A stretch of 64,000 nucleotides of DNA from an uncultured Gemmatimonadaceae bacterium (GCA_963822945.1 CAWGJO010000036.1:32001-96000), one strand, 5' to 3'. Shown: positions 31,186 to 41,522, counted from the first letter of the stretch. The notes: generated by a model not told the origin, from the sequence alone. Numbers and translations: made by a program.

Positions 31186-32862
31186 CTACCCCAGCGTGAT
31201 CTCGAGCCTGGTCACCGAGGCAGGTGCAAAGCTGTACACCAGCGGCGAGGCGCCCACCTGAACGTCGCGCGGGGCCGACGGCCGCACCGTGTCGGGGTGG
31301 GCGAAGCTGTTCACGTCGTGCACGCTGTGCGCCGCGAGCGTCGTCGCGCGCACCGAGCGCACGTTCGCGCCGCCGCGCACGGCGATCTCCGTCTCGCGCG
31401 GCTCGGTCATCGAACTGTTCGTGACCGTCAGGGTCACCATGTTGCCCCGCACCGACGCCGACCCGTTGAGTCCCCAGAGCGTGGACCGCGTCCCGTCCTT
31501 CTCCGTCCAGGCCACCGGGGGCGCCGAGACCTCGGTGCGCAGCGACTGCGCGCCCTGGTGCGCCGCGTACATCGCGAACACGTGGTACACCGGCGTCACC
31601 ACGAACTGATCGTCGTGCGCCAGAAACACCGACTGGATGCAGTTGATGAGCTGGGCGACGTTGGCCATCGCCACCTTGTCGGCGTGCCGCTGGAAGATGT
31701 CGAGCGTGAGCCCGGCCAGCACGGCGTCCCGAATGGTGGACTGCGACTCGAACAGGTGGCTCGCATCGGCGATCGGTGCGCTGGCGTGCCACGCCCCCCA
31801 TTCGTCGATCACCAGCTTCACGTGGTGCCGGCGGTCGGTGTCGGCCAGGATGTCCCACGTGGTGTCGATCACCGTCTCCATGTAGTTCGCCCGCGCCAGC
31901 AGGTCGTACCACCCGCGCTCGTCGAAATTCACCGCATCGGCGCCGGCGTCGGGCGCGCCCGAGTAGTGGTGCACCGAGAGCCCCCAGACGCTGTCCACGG
32001 CGCCGCGCTTGCGCAGCGCCTCGAACATGTTCCAGGTCCACTCGCGGTCGGTGCCGCTGGGGCCCGACGCCACGTAGCGCAGGTCGAGGCCGTAGCGCGG
32101 CACTCCGCCGGCCGTGAACCGGCGGAACTCCTCGGCGTACTCCTCGGGAGTGAAGTTCCCGCCGCACCCCCACGCTTCGTTTCCCACGCCCCAGTACCGC
32201 ACGTCGTACGGATCGCGATCGCCCGCCGCGGCGCGCATGGTGGAATACGTGGTCGCATCGGCCGGGGCATTGCAGTACTCCACCCACTCGTCGAAGGCGC
32301 GTGCAGGCAGCGAACGCACGTTCGCGGCGAGGTACGGCTGCGCGCCCACCAGGCGGCAGAAGTGCATGAACTCCGTGGTCCCGAAAGCGTTGGGGTCGTA
32401 CTTGGCGGGCCCGCCCGCCACGTTCTTCAATCCCGGGTCGTCGGCCCAGAAGTTCGTCCGGGTGGGCCGCTTGCCGCGCGGACCGATCCCATCGCGCCAG
32501 TCGTACGAGTCGGCAAAGCATCCCCCCGGCCAGCGGATGACACTCGGCTTGATGACGCGCAGTGCGTCCACCAATGCTTTCCGGATACCGCCGACGTTCG
32601 GGATCTTCGAATCCTCCCCCACCCACACCCCGTCGTAGATCACCCCGCCCAGGTGTTCGGTGAACTGCCCGTATATCTCGGGCGCGATGACGCCGATGGG
32701 CTCATCGAGGCGAACCTCGATATGCGAGTCGGCGAGGAGCGATCGGGCACCCCCGCCGAACAGACCGGCCATCGGCGTGAAGCGAGGCAGGGCAAGCGCG
32801 GCGCCGCCGGCGAGGGCGGAGCGGAGGAACTCGCGGCGGGAGTGGCGGGAGTCGCGGGGCAT
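31186..32862 (-). CDS. Alpha-L-arabinofuranosidase (GH51), Tat-exported
   Basis: SRREFL twin-arginine signal, YGQFTEHLG, IRWPGGCFAD, WGVGNEAWG, IDEWGAW, MANVAQLIN. Confidence 0.93.
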   Translation of the reverse strand: MPRDSRHSRREFLRSALAGGAALALPRFTPMAGLFGGGARSLLADSHIEVRLDEPIGVIAPEIYGQFTEHLGGVIYDGVWVGEDSKIPNVGGIRKALVDALRVIKPSVIRWPGGCFADSYDWRDGIGPRGKRPTRTNFWADDPGLKNVAGGPAKYDPNAFGTTEFMHFCRLVGAQPYLAANVRSLPARAFDEWVEYCNAPADATTYSTMRAAAGDRDPYDVRYWGVGNEAWGCGGNFTPEEYAEEFRRFTAGGVPRYGLDLRYVASGPSGTDREWTWNMFEALRKRGAVDSVWGLSVHHYSGAPDAGADAVNFDERGWYDLLARANYMETVIDTTWDILADTDRRHHVKLVIDEWGAWHASAPIADASHLFESQSTIRDAVLAGLTLDIFQRHADKVAMANVAQLINCIQSVFLAHDDQFVVTPVYHVFAMYAAHQGAQSLRTEVSAPPVAWTEKDGTRSTLWGLNGSASVRGNMVTLTVTNSSMTEPRETEIAVRGGANVRSVRATTLAAHSVHDVNSFAHPDTVRPSAPRDVQVGASPLVYSFAPASVTRLEITLG

Positions 32863-32900
32863 GGGATCAGGGGCCGGGAAGGGCGTGAAGCTGGCCGAAG

Positions 32901-32979
32901 GTCGGACAGTCGGACAGTCGGACAGTCGGACAGTCGGACAGTCGGACAGTCGGACAGTCGGACAGTCGGACAGTCGGAC
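32901..32979 (+). repeat. Octamer tandem array (GTCGGACA)n
   Basis: 9 perfect units plus 7/8 of a tenth. Confidence 0.95.
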
Positions 32980-33205
32980 CGCGAACGACGTTTCCAATGC
33001 TGACATTCCCGCTCCGCGGGGGCAAGGCCGATCGCGCCGTCGCAGGCGGCCGCGACCGACGACGATGTGAAATCCGCGGGCGTTCGCGTAGCTGTCAGTA
33101 GCATGACGCGCCGGCTGTCACCGCTCCGACAGCTTGCCACTCTAGCTTTCGCGGAGCGTCGTGGATGGGCCACGCAGCGATTCACCGTTTCATGAGGAGA
33201 ACCAG

Positions 33206-33589
33206 ATGACCCGCACCACCACCGCCACACTGTTCGCCCTGTTCGTCACGGCATTCGGGACTGCCGGCGCGCAGAAGCCCACCTACAAGCGCGACATGCC
33301 GGCCAGACTCGTGAAGGAAGCCAAGGTCAAGGAAGCCGACGCCGTCGCCATGGCGCGCCGGATTCTTCCCAAAGCCGACATCGCCTCGGCCGAGTTGGAA
33401 CGCGAGGGCGGGAAGCTGATCTACTCGTTCGATATGAAGACGCCGGGCAAAGACGGCATCGACGAGATCAACATCAACGCCATCACCGGCAAGCAGGTCG
33501 GCAAGGTGCAGCACGAGTCGGGCGCGGACGAGCGAAAGGAAGCTGCCGAGGAGAAGGCGGCGAGCAAGAAGAAAGGCGGCGGGCGGTAG
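33206..33589 (+). CDS. PepSY domain-containing exported protein
   Basis: GAGGAG RBS, signal peptide, AELEREGGKLIYSFD...EININAITGK PepSY motif. Confidence 0.85.
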   Translation: MTRTTTATLFALFVTAFGTAGAQKPTYKRDMPARLVKEAKVKEADAVAMARRILPKADIASAELEREGGKLIYSFDMKTPGKDGIDEININAITGKQVGKVQHESGADERKEAAEEKAASKKKGGGR

Positions 33590-33656
33590 GCCGGTAGGTC
33601 GGGAAGTCGGTAGGTCGGTAGGTCGGTAGGTCGGTAAGTCGGTAGCGGTAGGTCGG
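33584..33656 (+). repeat. Octamer tandem array (CGGTAGGT)n, about 9 partly degenerate units, starting at the PepSY stop
   Basis: CGGTAGGC CGGTAGGT CGGGAAGT CGGTAGGT x3 CGGTAAGT CGGTAG CGGTAGGT. Confidence 0.88.
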
Positions 33657-33701
33657 GGCACGGGCGAGATCGTCGCGGAGACGGGGCGGGTTTCGTAGTT
33701 T

Positions 33702-33757
33702 GACTGTCCGACTGTCCGACTGTCCGACTGTCCGACTGCCCCACCGCCCCACCGTTC
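33702..33757 (-). repeat. Octamer array (GACTGTCC)x4-5 continuing in phase as (CACCGCCC)-type units
   Basis: Reverse complement of the 32901 array unit. The 8-bp period is kept across the unit switch. Confidence 0.85.
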
Positions 33758-33771
33758 CACTTCCCGCCCCG

Positions 33772-34866
33772 ATGACCACCCCCGTCACGCAATTCCCCTG
33801 CCCCCACTGCGGCGCCGACGTCACCTGGGATCCCGCCGCCGGCGCACAACGCTGCACGAACTGCGGCGCCACGATCGCACCGCCGGCCGCCACGTCGGCC
33901 ATCCGGGAGCTGGACTACCAGAAGTGGTCGCGCGGTGTATCCGAGGACGGTGATCTCACCGAGCAACTCGTGGTGCACTGCGGCCGGTGCGGCGCCGAGA
34001 CGACCTTCGGGCCCAACGTCACGGCGGGACACTGCGCTTTCTGCGGTGCCGCCATCTCGGCGGAGGGCGAATCGAAGAAGCTCATCAAGCCGCAGGCCCT
34101 GCTTCCCTTCCGGGTGCCCCGCACGCGGTCGCTCGAGCTGTTCAGCCAGTGGATCCGGAAGCTCTGGTTCGCGCCGAACGCGCTGAAGCACATGGCCAAG
34201 CCCGACGCGCAGCGGCTGCGCGGCGTCTACCTCCCATTCTGGACCTACGACGCCGACACCACCACCGACTACACCGGCCAGCGCGGCGACGACTACACCA
34301 CCACCGAGACCTACACGACGCGGGAGAACGGACGCACCGTGACGCGCACGCGCACGGTGACGCACACGCGATGGCGATCGGCGGCTGGACGGGTCTCCGA
34401 CCGGTTCGACGACGTGCTGATCCCCGCGGGCGGGGCGATGCCGCGCACCATCGTCGATCGCCTGCAGCCGTGGGATCTGAACGACCTCGTCCCCTTTGCC
34501 GACGGCTACCTGGCCGGCTTCGAGAGCGAGAGCTACCGCATCGACCTCGTGGCCGGGTTCGGCCTCGCCAAGGAAGCCATGCAGCCGACCATCGACGCGA
34601 CGATCCGCGCCGATATCGGCGGCGATCACCAGCGCATCGGCCAGAAAGACACGGCGTACGCGGACGTCACCTTCAAGCACCTACTGCTGCCGATGTGGGT
34701 GTGCTCGTACCGGTTCCGCGACAAGGTCTACCGGTTCGTGGTCAACGCGCGCACCGGCGAGGTGCAGGGCGAGCGCCCGTGGAGCTGGATCAAGATCACC
34801 CTGGCCGTGCTCGCGGTCGCCGCCGCCTTCGCGCTCGTCGTGTATATCAACAACAACATCCAGTAG
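33772..34866 (+). CDS. Multi zinc-ribbon membrane-anchored protein
   Basis: Four CxxC pairs (CPHC, CTNC, CGRC, CAFC), LLPF, GVYLPFWTYD, FDDVLI, LQPWD, YLAGF, FKHLLLPMW, VNARTGEVQGERP, C-terminal TM. Confidence 0.85.
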   Translation: MTTPVTQFPCPHCGADVTWDPAAGAQRCTNCGATIAPPAATSAIRELDYQKWSRGVSEDGDLTEQLVVHCGRCGAETTFGPNVTAGHCAFCGAAISAEGESKKLIKPQALLPFRVPRTRSLELFSQWIRKLWFAPNALKHMAKPDAQRLRGVYLPFWTYDADTTTDYTGQRGDDYTTTETYTTRENGRTVTRTRTVTHTRWRSAAGRVSDRFDDVLIPAGGAMPRTIVDRLQPWDLNDLVPFADGYLAGFESESYRIDLVAGFGLAKEAMQPTIDATIRADIGGDHQRIGQKDTAYADVTFKHLLLPMWVCSYRFRDKVYRFVVNARTGEVQGERPWSWIKITLAVLAVAAAFALVVYINNNIQ

Positions 34867-34934
34867 GTCGGTAGGTCGGAGAACGGCGCTCGCGGTTTCC
34901 CGACCTACCGACCTACCGTCCTACCGACCTACCG
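34863..34934. repeat. Inverted pair of (GGTAGGTC) octamer arrays between convergent genes
   Basis: GTAGGTCGGTAGGTCGG (34863-34879) faces CCGACCTACCGACCTACC... (34900-34934). Both flanking stop codons lie in the repeats. Confidence 0.85.
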
Positions 34935-35409
34935 CAGTATTGGCCATCGTGTCCGGAATCCGCACCGCCACCACCTCCCCCTTCGCCGTGACCACACCGC
35001 GCGCGGACACCGTCGCGTCGACGATCACTTTGCGGTCGCCGACCTCGCGCGCCCGGGCGCGGACTTCGAGCTGCGCGTCGGCAGGGGTCGGCTTCAGGTA
35101 ATCCACCTTGAGCGAGGCGGTCACGAACCGTGGCGCCGGCCCGTCGCCGATGGCACGCCCGGCCGAGCGTTCGGCCGCCGCCGCCGCCGTCCCCATGGCG
35201 TGGCAGTCGATGAGTGAGGCAATCAGCCCACCGTACGTAAACCCGGGCACACCGACCTGGTCCTCTCGCGGCGTGTAGAACGCCACCATGTCCGGCCCGT
35301 CGCCGTCCCATCGCGACTTGATCTGCATGCCGTGCGCGTTCAACCGGCCGCAACCGTAGCAGTGGGCGAAGTCGGCGGGGTAGAAATCCTGGATAGCAAG
35401 GGAGGTCAT
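34921..35409 (-). CDS. PaaI family (hotdog-fold) thioesterase
   Basis: CYGCGRLNAHG, YGGLIASLIDCH, FVTASLKVDYLKPTP. Confidence 0.88.
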   Translation of the reverse strand: MTSLAIQDFYPADFAHCYGCGRLNAHGMQIKSRWDGDGPDMVAFYTPREDQVGVPGFTYGGLIASLIDCHAMGTAAAAAERSAGRAIGDGPAPRFVTASLKVDYLKPTPADAQLEVRARAREVGDRKVIVDATVSARGVVTAKGEVVAVRIPDTMANTAVGR

Positions 35410-35475
35410 GATCGTCCCGGCAATTGGTGTCGGTTCCAGTGCCCGCTGACGGCTGAGCACTGAACACTCACAGCG

Positions 35476-35527
35476 CCAGTCAGCAGTCGGCAATTAGCGG
35501 TCGGCAGCCGGTAGTTCACCGTCTGCC
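35476..35527 (+). repeat. Degenerate heptamer tandem array
   Basis: 7-bp period: CAGCAGT CGGCAAT TAGCGGT CGGCAGC CGGTAGT TCACCGT. Confidence 0.5.
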
Positions 35528-35641
35528 ACTGTTTTGAAAATGTCATCGAATGCACGGACTCTGTAAGTCCGGTATTCCCCGTGTTCCCCTTGCGGGCCGC
35601 ATGCTGTCGATTTGCTGGCAGGTTCCCCCCACGAGGCCAGC

Positions 35642-37450
35642 ATGCTTCCGGTCCGCCTTCCGCTCTGCGCTGCCTGCACTGCTCTGCTCGCCCTCGCCCC
35701 CATCCCCGCCGTCGCGCAGACGGCGATGTTTCGCGGCGACGCGGCGCATACCGGCGTCTACCACGGCGGCGGGGCGACCCTCGTGGGCCTCGCGTGGCGC
35801 GCCGAAACCGGAGGCGACGTGGATTCGTCGCCGGTGATTGCCGGCAACGCGGTCTACGTCGGCAGCAACGACGGCCGGCTCTGGTCGTTCGATCTGGCCA
35901 CCGGAGCCACCCGCTGGAGCCGTGACCTCGGCGCGCCCGTGAATGCGTCTCCGGCCGTCGCCGACGGCCGCGTCTTCGTGCAGACGCGCGCCGGCGTGCT
36001 CTGCGCCGTGAGCGCGGCCACCGGGGTCGTCGAATGGCGCGTACCGACGGGCCGGATTCTGCCGCTCCCCTGGGGACACGAGAGCGGCGACTACTACACG
36101 TCGTCACCGGTGATCGCGGGCGGGATGGTGATCTTCGGTGCCGGCGACGGCGGTGTCTACGCACTCGACGGCGCCACCGGCACGCGGCGGTGGCGCGCCG
36201 AGACGGGCGGGCGCGTTCGCGGTACGCCCGCCGTGGCCGACGGCACCGTGTTCGTGGGCGCCTACGACGGACGCGTCTACGCCTTCGCACTCGCCACCGG
36301 GCGGCAGCGGTGGGTGTACGAAACCCAGGGCACGACGTTCAATTCCGGCGACTGGGGATTCGACCGACGCAGCATTCAGTCGTCGCCCGCGGTGGTGGGC
36401 GGCACGGTCTACGTGGGGGCGCGCGACGGGTTCCTGTACGCGCTCGACGCCGCCACCGGCGCGCGGCGCTGGCGCTTCGATCACGACGTCTCGTGGGTGA
36501 TCACCTCACCCGCCGTGGTGGACGGGACGATCTACGCGGGCAGCTCCGACGGTCACTTCGTGCAGGCCCTCGACGCCGGCGGTCGGGAGCAATGGCGCGC
36601 CAAGGTCTCGAGCGTGGTCTGGAGTTCGCCGGCGGTCGCCGATTCGGTGGTGTACTTCGGCGACGGCGCGGGCGCGCTCACGGCTGTCGATCGCCGCACG
36701 GGCGCCGTGCGCTGGAGCTTCCGCACCGGCTCGCAGATCTATTCCTCACCCGCCGTCTCCGGCCGGTACGTCGTGGTCGGGAGCACCGACGGCGCCGTCT
36801 ATGCACTGCGCGCCGGGAACGATCCGGCCGTCCGCCGCGCCGTGTTCTACGACTCCACACTCCGCAAGCGCGCGCACGTGGCCAACCCGGCGCTCGTGGG
36901 ATATCTGGCCGACCGCGGCTACACGCCGCTCGACTCGGCGGCGCTCGATCGGTTCCTCGCCGATCGGACGGAAGACCGGACACCGAGCGTGGTGGTGTTC
37001 GCCATGGATTACGTGCCCGCGTCGGTGGCCGCCGTGCCGTTGGACCGGTCGGTGCTGCGGCGCTATCTGCGCGCGGGCGGGAAGGTCGTCTGGACGGGGC
37101 TTCCGCCCATGATCATTCCCGATCGAATGCCCGCCGGGAAGCTCGCCTTCAACTGGGACGCGCCGGCGCAACTCACGGGCGTTCCCTTCGACTCGGCGCT
37201 CTTCGACCGGCACGGTGTGCGGGCCACGGCCGAAGGGCGTCGCTGGGGGCTGCCCGAGCGCTGGCGCAGTGCCTGGGCGGTGGGCACCGCCGGCGTCTCA
37301 CGCGTGCTCGCGCTGGACGACGAGGGGCACGCGGCGGCGTGGGTCAGGAACTACGGCGGCCCGGACGGCACCGGCTGGGTCGTGGTGCCGGTTGACGACC
37401 CGATGGCGGTGTATCTGGTGGCGGAACATCGCGGCGCGGGGGGACGTTGA
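35642..37450 (+). CDS. PQQ-binding-like (BamB-type) beta-propeller repeat protein with extra C-terminal alpha/beta domain
   Basis: Signal peptide, MFRGDAAHTG, about 8 SSP(A/V)VxGxVYVG.DG..YALDAxTG..RW repeats. Confidence 0.88.
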   Translation: MLPVRLPLCAACTALLALAPIPAVAQTAMFRGDAAHTGVYHGGGATLVGLAWRAETGGDVDSSPVIAGNAVYVGSNDGRLWSFDLATGATRWSRDLGAPVNASPAVADGRVFVQTRAGVLCAVSAATGVVEWRVPTGRILPLPWGHESGDYYTSSPVIAGGMVIFGAGDGGVYALDGATGTRRWRAETGGRVRGTPAVADGTVFVGAYDGRVYAFALATGRQRWVYETQGTTFNSGDWGFDRRSIQSSPAVVGGTVYVGARDGFLYALDAATGARRWRFDHDVSWVITSPAVVDGTIYAGSSDGHFVQALDAGGREQWRAKVSSVVWSSPAVADSVVYFGDGAGALTAVDRRTGAVRWSFRTGSQIYSSPAVSGRYVVVGSTDGAVYALRAGNDPAVRRAVFYDSTLRKRAHVANPALVGYLADRGYTPLDSAALDRFLADRTEDRTPSVVVFAMDYVPASVAAVPLDRSVLRRYLRAGGKVVWTGLPPMIIPDRMPAGKLAFNWDAPAQLTGVPFDSALFDRHGVRATAEGRRWGLPERWRSAWAVGTAGVSRVLALDDEGHAAAWVRNYGGPDGTGWVVVPVDDPMAVYLVAEHRGAGGR

Positions 37451-37502
37451 CCGGCCGCTGAGTGCCGGCCGCCGAACCTTCGGAACTGCAGTCGGGCATC
37501 GC

Positions 37503-37545
37503 CAGTCGTCAGTCTTCAGCCGTCAGTCGACAGCCGGTAGTCGTC
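37503..37545 (+). repeat. Degenerate heptamer tandem array (CAGTCGT)n
   Basis: CAGTCGT CAGTCTT CAGCCGT CAGTCGA CAGCCGG TAGTCGT. Confidence 0.65.
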
Positions 37546-37569
37546 TGCGGACCGTCCACCGCCGACGCT

Positions 37570-38196
37570 CTACTTGATGAACGCGTCCCGGATGCCCGTC
37601 AGAATGAACTGCGTCGCCACCGCGGCGAGCAGCAGCCCCATGATACGGGTCATGACCTTGATTCCCGTCTGCCCCATGATTTCCACGAGCCGCTCGCCCA
37701 GGCGCAGCGTGATGTACGAGATGACCGCGGTGACGAGTATCGCGCCGTAGACCACGACGCCGTGGCTCACCGAGCGGATCTCGCCGGCAAGCACCATCAC
37801 GGTGGAGATGGCGCCGGGACCGGCCAGGATCGGAATCGCCAGCGGAGTGACGGCGACGTCCTCCTTGGCCTGGCCCTCGCTCAATTCCTCGCTGCCTTCC
37901 TGCGTGCTGCGCTTGGCGCGCACCATGTCGAGGGCCACCAGCCAGAGGATCAGTCCGCCCGCGATGCGGAAGGCCGGCAACGTGATGCCGAACGCCTGGA
38001 AGATGAACCGCCCCGCCGCCGCGAAGACGACGAGCATGAGGCCCATGGCCGTGCACGCGCGGAGCGCGGTGCGCCTCCGCTCGGCCGCCGTCTCGTTCTG
38101 CGTGACCACCAGATACGACGGCACGGCCGCAATCGGATCCACGATGAAGAGGACCGACGTGACGGTAATGAGGCCGAATTGGAGGAGTTGAACCAT
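37570..38196 (-). CDS. MarC family integral membrane protein
   Basis: LFIVDPI, FGITLPAFRIAGG, AVTPLAIPILAGPGAI, TRIMGLLL. Confidence 0.93.
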   Translation of the reverse strand: MVQLLQFGLITVTSVLFIVDPIAAVPSYLVVTQNETAAERRRTALRACTAMGLMLVVFAAAGRFIFQAFGITLPAFRIAGGLILWLVALDMVRAKRSTQEGSEELSEGQAKEDVAVTPLAIPILAGPGAISTVMVLAGEIRSVSHGVVVYGAILVTAVISYITLRLGERLVEIMGQTGIKVMTRIMGLLLAAVATQFILTGIRDAFIK

Positions 38197-38271
38197 GAGC
38201 GCGGGCGGTGGACGCTCATCAAGATAGCCGCCCCTGAACGGGGCGCCACCGGCGACCGTCCACGAAACAAC

Positions 38272-38304
38272 GACGACTCCGAACGGCAGTCCGGAGTCGT
38301 CTTT
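38272..38304. terminator. Hairpin, possible terminator
   Basis: GACGACTCCG-N10-CGGAGTCGTC followed by TTT. Confidence 0.4.
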
Positions 38305-38349
38305 GGACGGTCAGCAGTGCTCAGTCACCGACGATCGTGCGCGCCGCCG

Positions 38350-38790
38350 TCAGTCGCCTGCTTCCACCGGCGCCGACGCGTAGACGTATCCGACCACGCC
38401 GCCGTAGACGAGGTGGCCCAGCAAGCCGCCGATCAGCAACTGGAAGTCGCCGCGCGAGAAGAAACCGCTCCCCGTAATCGGCGCGAAGGTCAACTGCGCG
38501 AACACGAAGAGCAGGCACCCGAACAGCAGCCCCCGCGTGAACCCGCCGCCCGGCAGGCGGCGATCGAAGTAGCCGGCATACACCATCGCGAACACGATGC
38601 CGACGATGAGATCGATGACCCAACCGCCCGCGGGTCCGACGGCCGTCCGCGACGACACGGCCGACATCGTGCTGCTCACGATCTGCCCGATCGCGATCTG
38701 CGGCAGCCCGATGGAAGGTTCGACCAGCAGGAGCGCGGTCATCGAGGCCGTGGCGATCGCTCCCGCTGCCATAGCGCGCTTCGCGTTCAT
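38350..38790 (-). CDS. Four-TM hypothetical membrane protein (DUF6789/DUF2938-like)
   Basis: GGAGGAG RBS, AGAIATASMT, GIVFAMVY, RGLLFG, LLGHLVYG. Confidence 0.75.
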   Translation of the reverse strand: MNAKRAMAAGAIATASMTALLLVEPSIGLPQIAIGQIVSSTMSAVSSRTAVGPAGGWVIDLIVGIVFAMVYAGYFDRRLPGGGFTRGLLFGCLLFVFAQLTFAPITGSGFFSRGDFQLLIGGLLGHLVYGGVVGYVYASAPVEAGD

Positions 38791-39071
38791 TTCTCCTCCA
38801 CAGGTGGGGGGGTCACTCGACCCATCGGCGGGATCATATGCCGAGTTCGGAATTTCGACGCAAGCAAACGCGGCCGATCTTTGTAACAAGCCAATAGGGA
38901 GGGATTCCGTTGGCGAGGCCGGAGGCGACCCGGTCCGACGATGCCGGATCCCACGCGCTGCCGCCCCGCTGAAACACCGGCCGCCACCGTCCGTACGCAA
39001 TGGCACCGGTTCACTCGCTGCCGTTCCGATCGCCCGTTACGCCACCCCACCGCCTGCGCCGACTACCGCCG

Positions 39072-41514
39072 ATGACCGCACTGCTGCAGGACCTGCGCTA
39101 CGCGCGCCGAATCCTCACCAAGAGTCCCCTCTTCACCGCCGTCGTGGTCGTCACGCTGGCCATCGGCATCGGGCTCAATACGGCAGTCTTCTCCGCCATC
39201 GATACTCTGCTGCTCAAGCCGCTGCCCGGCGTACGCGCCCCCAAGCAGCTCGTGCAGCTCTATCGGAGCTGGCCCGGCGGCATGAACTACGGATCGAACT
39301 CGATTCCCCACTATCAGGATCTCCGCGACCGGTCGTCGGACGTCTACTCGGGCGTCGCGGCCTGGGGCTTCGTGCAGACCAGCCTCGCCTGGAATGGGCG
39401 GGCGCAGACGGCGTTCGGCATGGCGGTGTCCGCCAACTTCTTCAACGTGCTCGGCGTGTCACCGCTGCGCGGCCGCACGTTCGTGCCCGCGGAGGCCCAG
39501 GGTCCGAATGCCCACCCGGTGGTCGTCCTGAGCTACGATGGGTGGAACCAGTTGTTCGGCGGGGACTCGTCCGTGATCGGCCGGTCGGTGATCCTCGACG
39601 GGCGCGACTACACCATCGTCGGGGTCACGCCCAGGGACTTCCGCGGGCCGATGCCGATCGTCACCCCGGAACTGTTCGTTCCGCTGATGCAGATCAACCA
39701 ACTGCGGCCCGGCGAGGGCGATATCCTGAAGGCCCGCGGCTCGAATTCGTTCAACGTCGTGGCGCGGTTGAAGCCCGGCATCACGGTGGCGCAGGCCAAG
39801 GACCGGATGACGGCCCTCGTGACGGCACTGCGTCAGGAATTTCCCGACCAGTACAAGGACAACGGCATCACGGTCATTCCTCAGACCGAGGCCGGCATTC
39901 ATCCCATGCTCAAGAACGCCGAGGTCGGCCTGTCGTCGGTGGTCATGGGTGTCGTGGCCATTCTCCTGCTCATCGCGTGCGTCAATGTGGCCAACCTCTT
40001 CCTGGCCCGGGCACGCGACCGCGCCCGCGAGATGGCCATCCGTTTGAGCCTCGGCGCCAAGCGGCGCGCGCTCATCCGACAGCTGCTGGTGGAGAGCTTC
40101 CTGTTCGCCCTCGTGTCGGGCGTCGCCGGACTCGCCGTCGCGTGGTGGACCATCGGCATCGCGAACCGCGTCTCGATTCCGATGGACGTCACCTTCCGGC
40201 CCGGGCTCTCGGTGAGTCCCGCCGTGCTGGCGTTCAGTCTCGGCGTCACCGTGGTCACCGGCTTCCTGTTCGGGCTGGCGCCGGCGCTGCAGGCCACGCG
40301 CCCGTCGCTGGTCCCGGCGCTCAAGGGCGAGGAAGCGGCAGGCGAATCGCGGTCGCGGCTCACGCGCACGCTCGTCGTCGCGCAGGTGGCCCTGTCGATC
40401 GTGCTCCTCGTCTCGGCCGGGCTGTTCCTTCGCAACCTCTCGGCGGCCACGCAGATCGACAAGGGATTCAACGCCGACAATCTGTTGATTGCCACGCTCG
40501 ATCCGGGATTGCAGGGATATACCCGCGCCCGCGCCGATGCCTTCTACCGCCAGCTCGACCGAACGGCTCACGGCGAACCCCGACGTGGTGGCCGTCGGCT
40601 ACACGACCACCCTGCCGCTCTCCCTGAACGAGAACGACAGCGGCGTGCAGATTCCCGGGTACACGCCGGGGAAGAACGAGAACATGTCGATCCAGAACTC
40701 GTCGGTGACGCCCGGCTATTTCAAGGCCATGGGGATCCCGCTCCGCGAGGGCCGCGCCTTCCGGACGCAGGACGACAGCGGCGCCGTGCACGTGCTCATC
40801 GTCAACGAGCAGTTCGTACACCGGTTCTGGCCGGGCCAGGATGCGCTCGGGAAGACGGTCCACACGCACGGACGGGACTGGACCGTGGTCGGAGTCGTGC
40901 CCACCGGCAAGTACTTCAGCCTCGGGGAGGAGCCGACCGCGTTTTATTACACGCCGGAGGCCCAGCAGTGGTCGTACGGACTGCAACTCGCCATCCGGAC
41001 GCGCGGCGATCCGCTGGCCGAGGTGGGTGCCCTCCGGAGCGCGGTGGCGGCGCTGGACCCCAACATGCCACTCAGCGACGTGCGGACGATGGAGAACCAC
41101 CTCGGCATCGCCCTGCTGCCGGCGCGGGTGACCGGCTGGGCACTTGGCGTCTTCGGGCTGCTGGGGTTGCTGCTGGCGTCGCTGGGGATCTATGGGGTTA
41201 TGGCGTATTCCGTATCGCAGCGGACCCGGGAAATCGGGATCCGGATGGCCATCGGCGCCGGGAGCGCGGCGGTTATCCGACTTCTCATGCGTCAGGGACT
41301 TACGCTTGTACTGGTGGGTACGGGGGTGGGCCTGGCCGGCGCGGTGGTGGCCGCGCGCCTGATTCAGGGGCAGTTGTACGGCGGCCACGGGCTCGACCCC
41401 ATCACCTTCGTGGCGGTGCCGGTGGTGCTGGTCATGGTGGCAATGGGCGCGATCTGGATTCCGGCGCGTCGGGCGGCGGGCCTCGATCCGGTATCGGCAC
41501 TGCGGCAGGAATAG
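39072..41514 (+). CDS. ADOP-type duplicated MacB/FtsX ABC transporter permease (one frameshift near 40557)
   Basis: LQDLRYA, TLAIGIGLNTAVFS, LLLIACVNVANL, REMAIRLSLGA. Second half VTPGYF...GIYGVMAYSVSQRTREIGIRMAIGA...PARRAA.LDP..ALRQE after an extra G. Confidence 0.9.
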
Positions 41515-41522
41515 CGCGCCTC

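Noticed and set aside
33091..33133. GCTGTCA direct repeats upstream of PepSY as a response-regulator box
   Set aside because: Only two short copies plus one inverted partial, too weak without comparative data.
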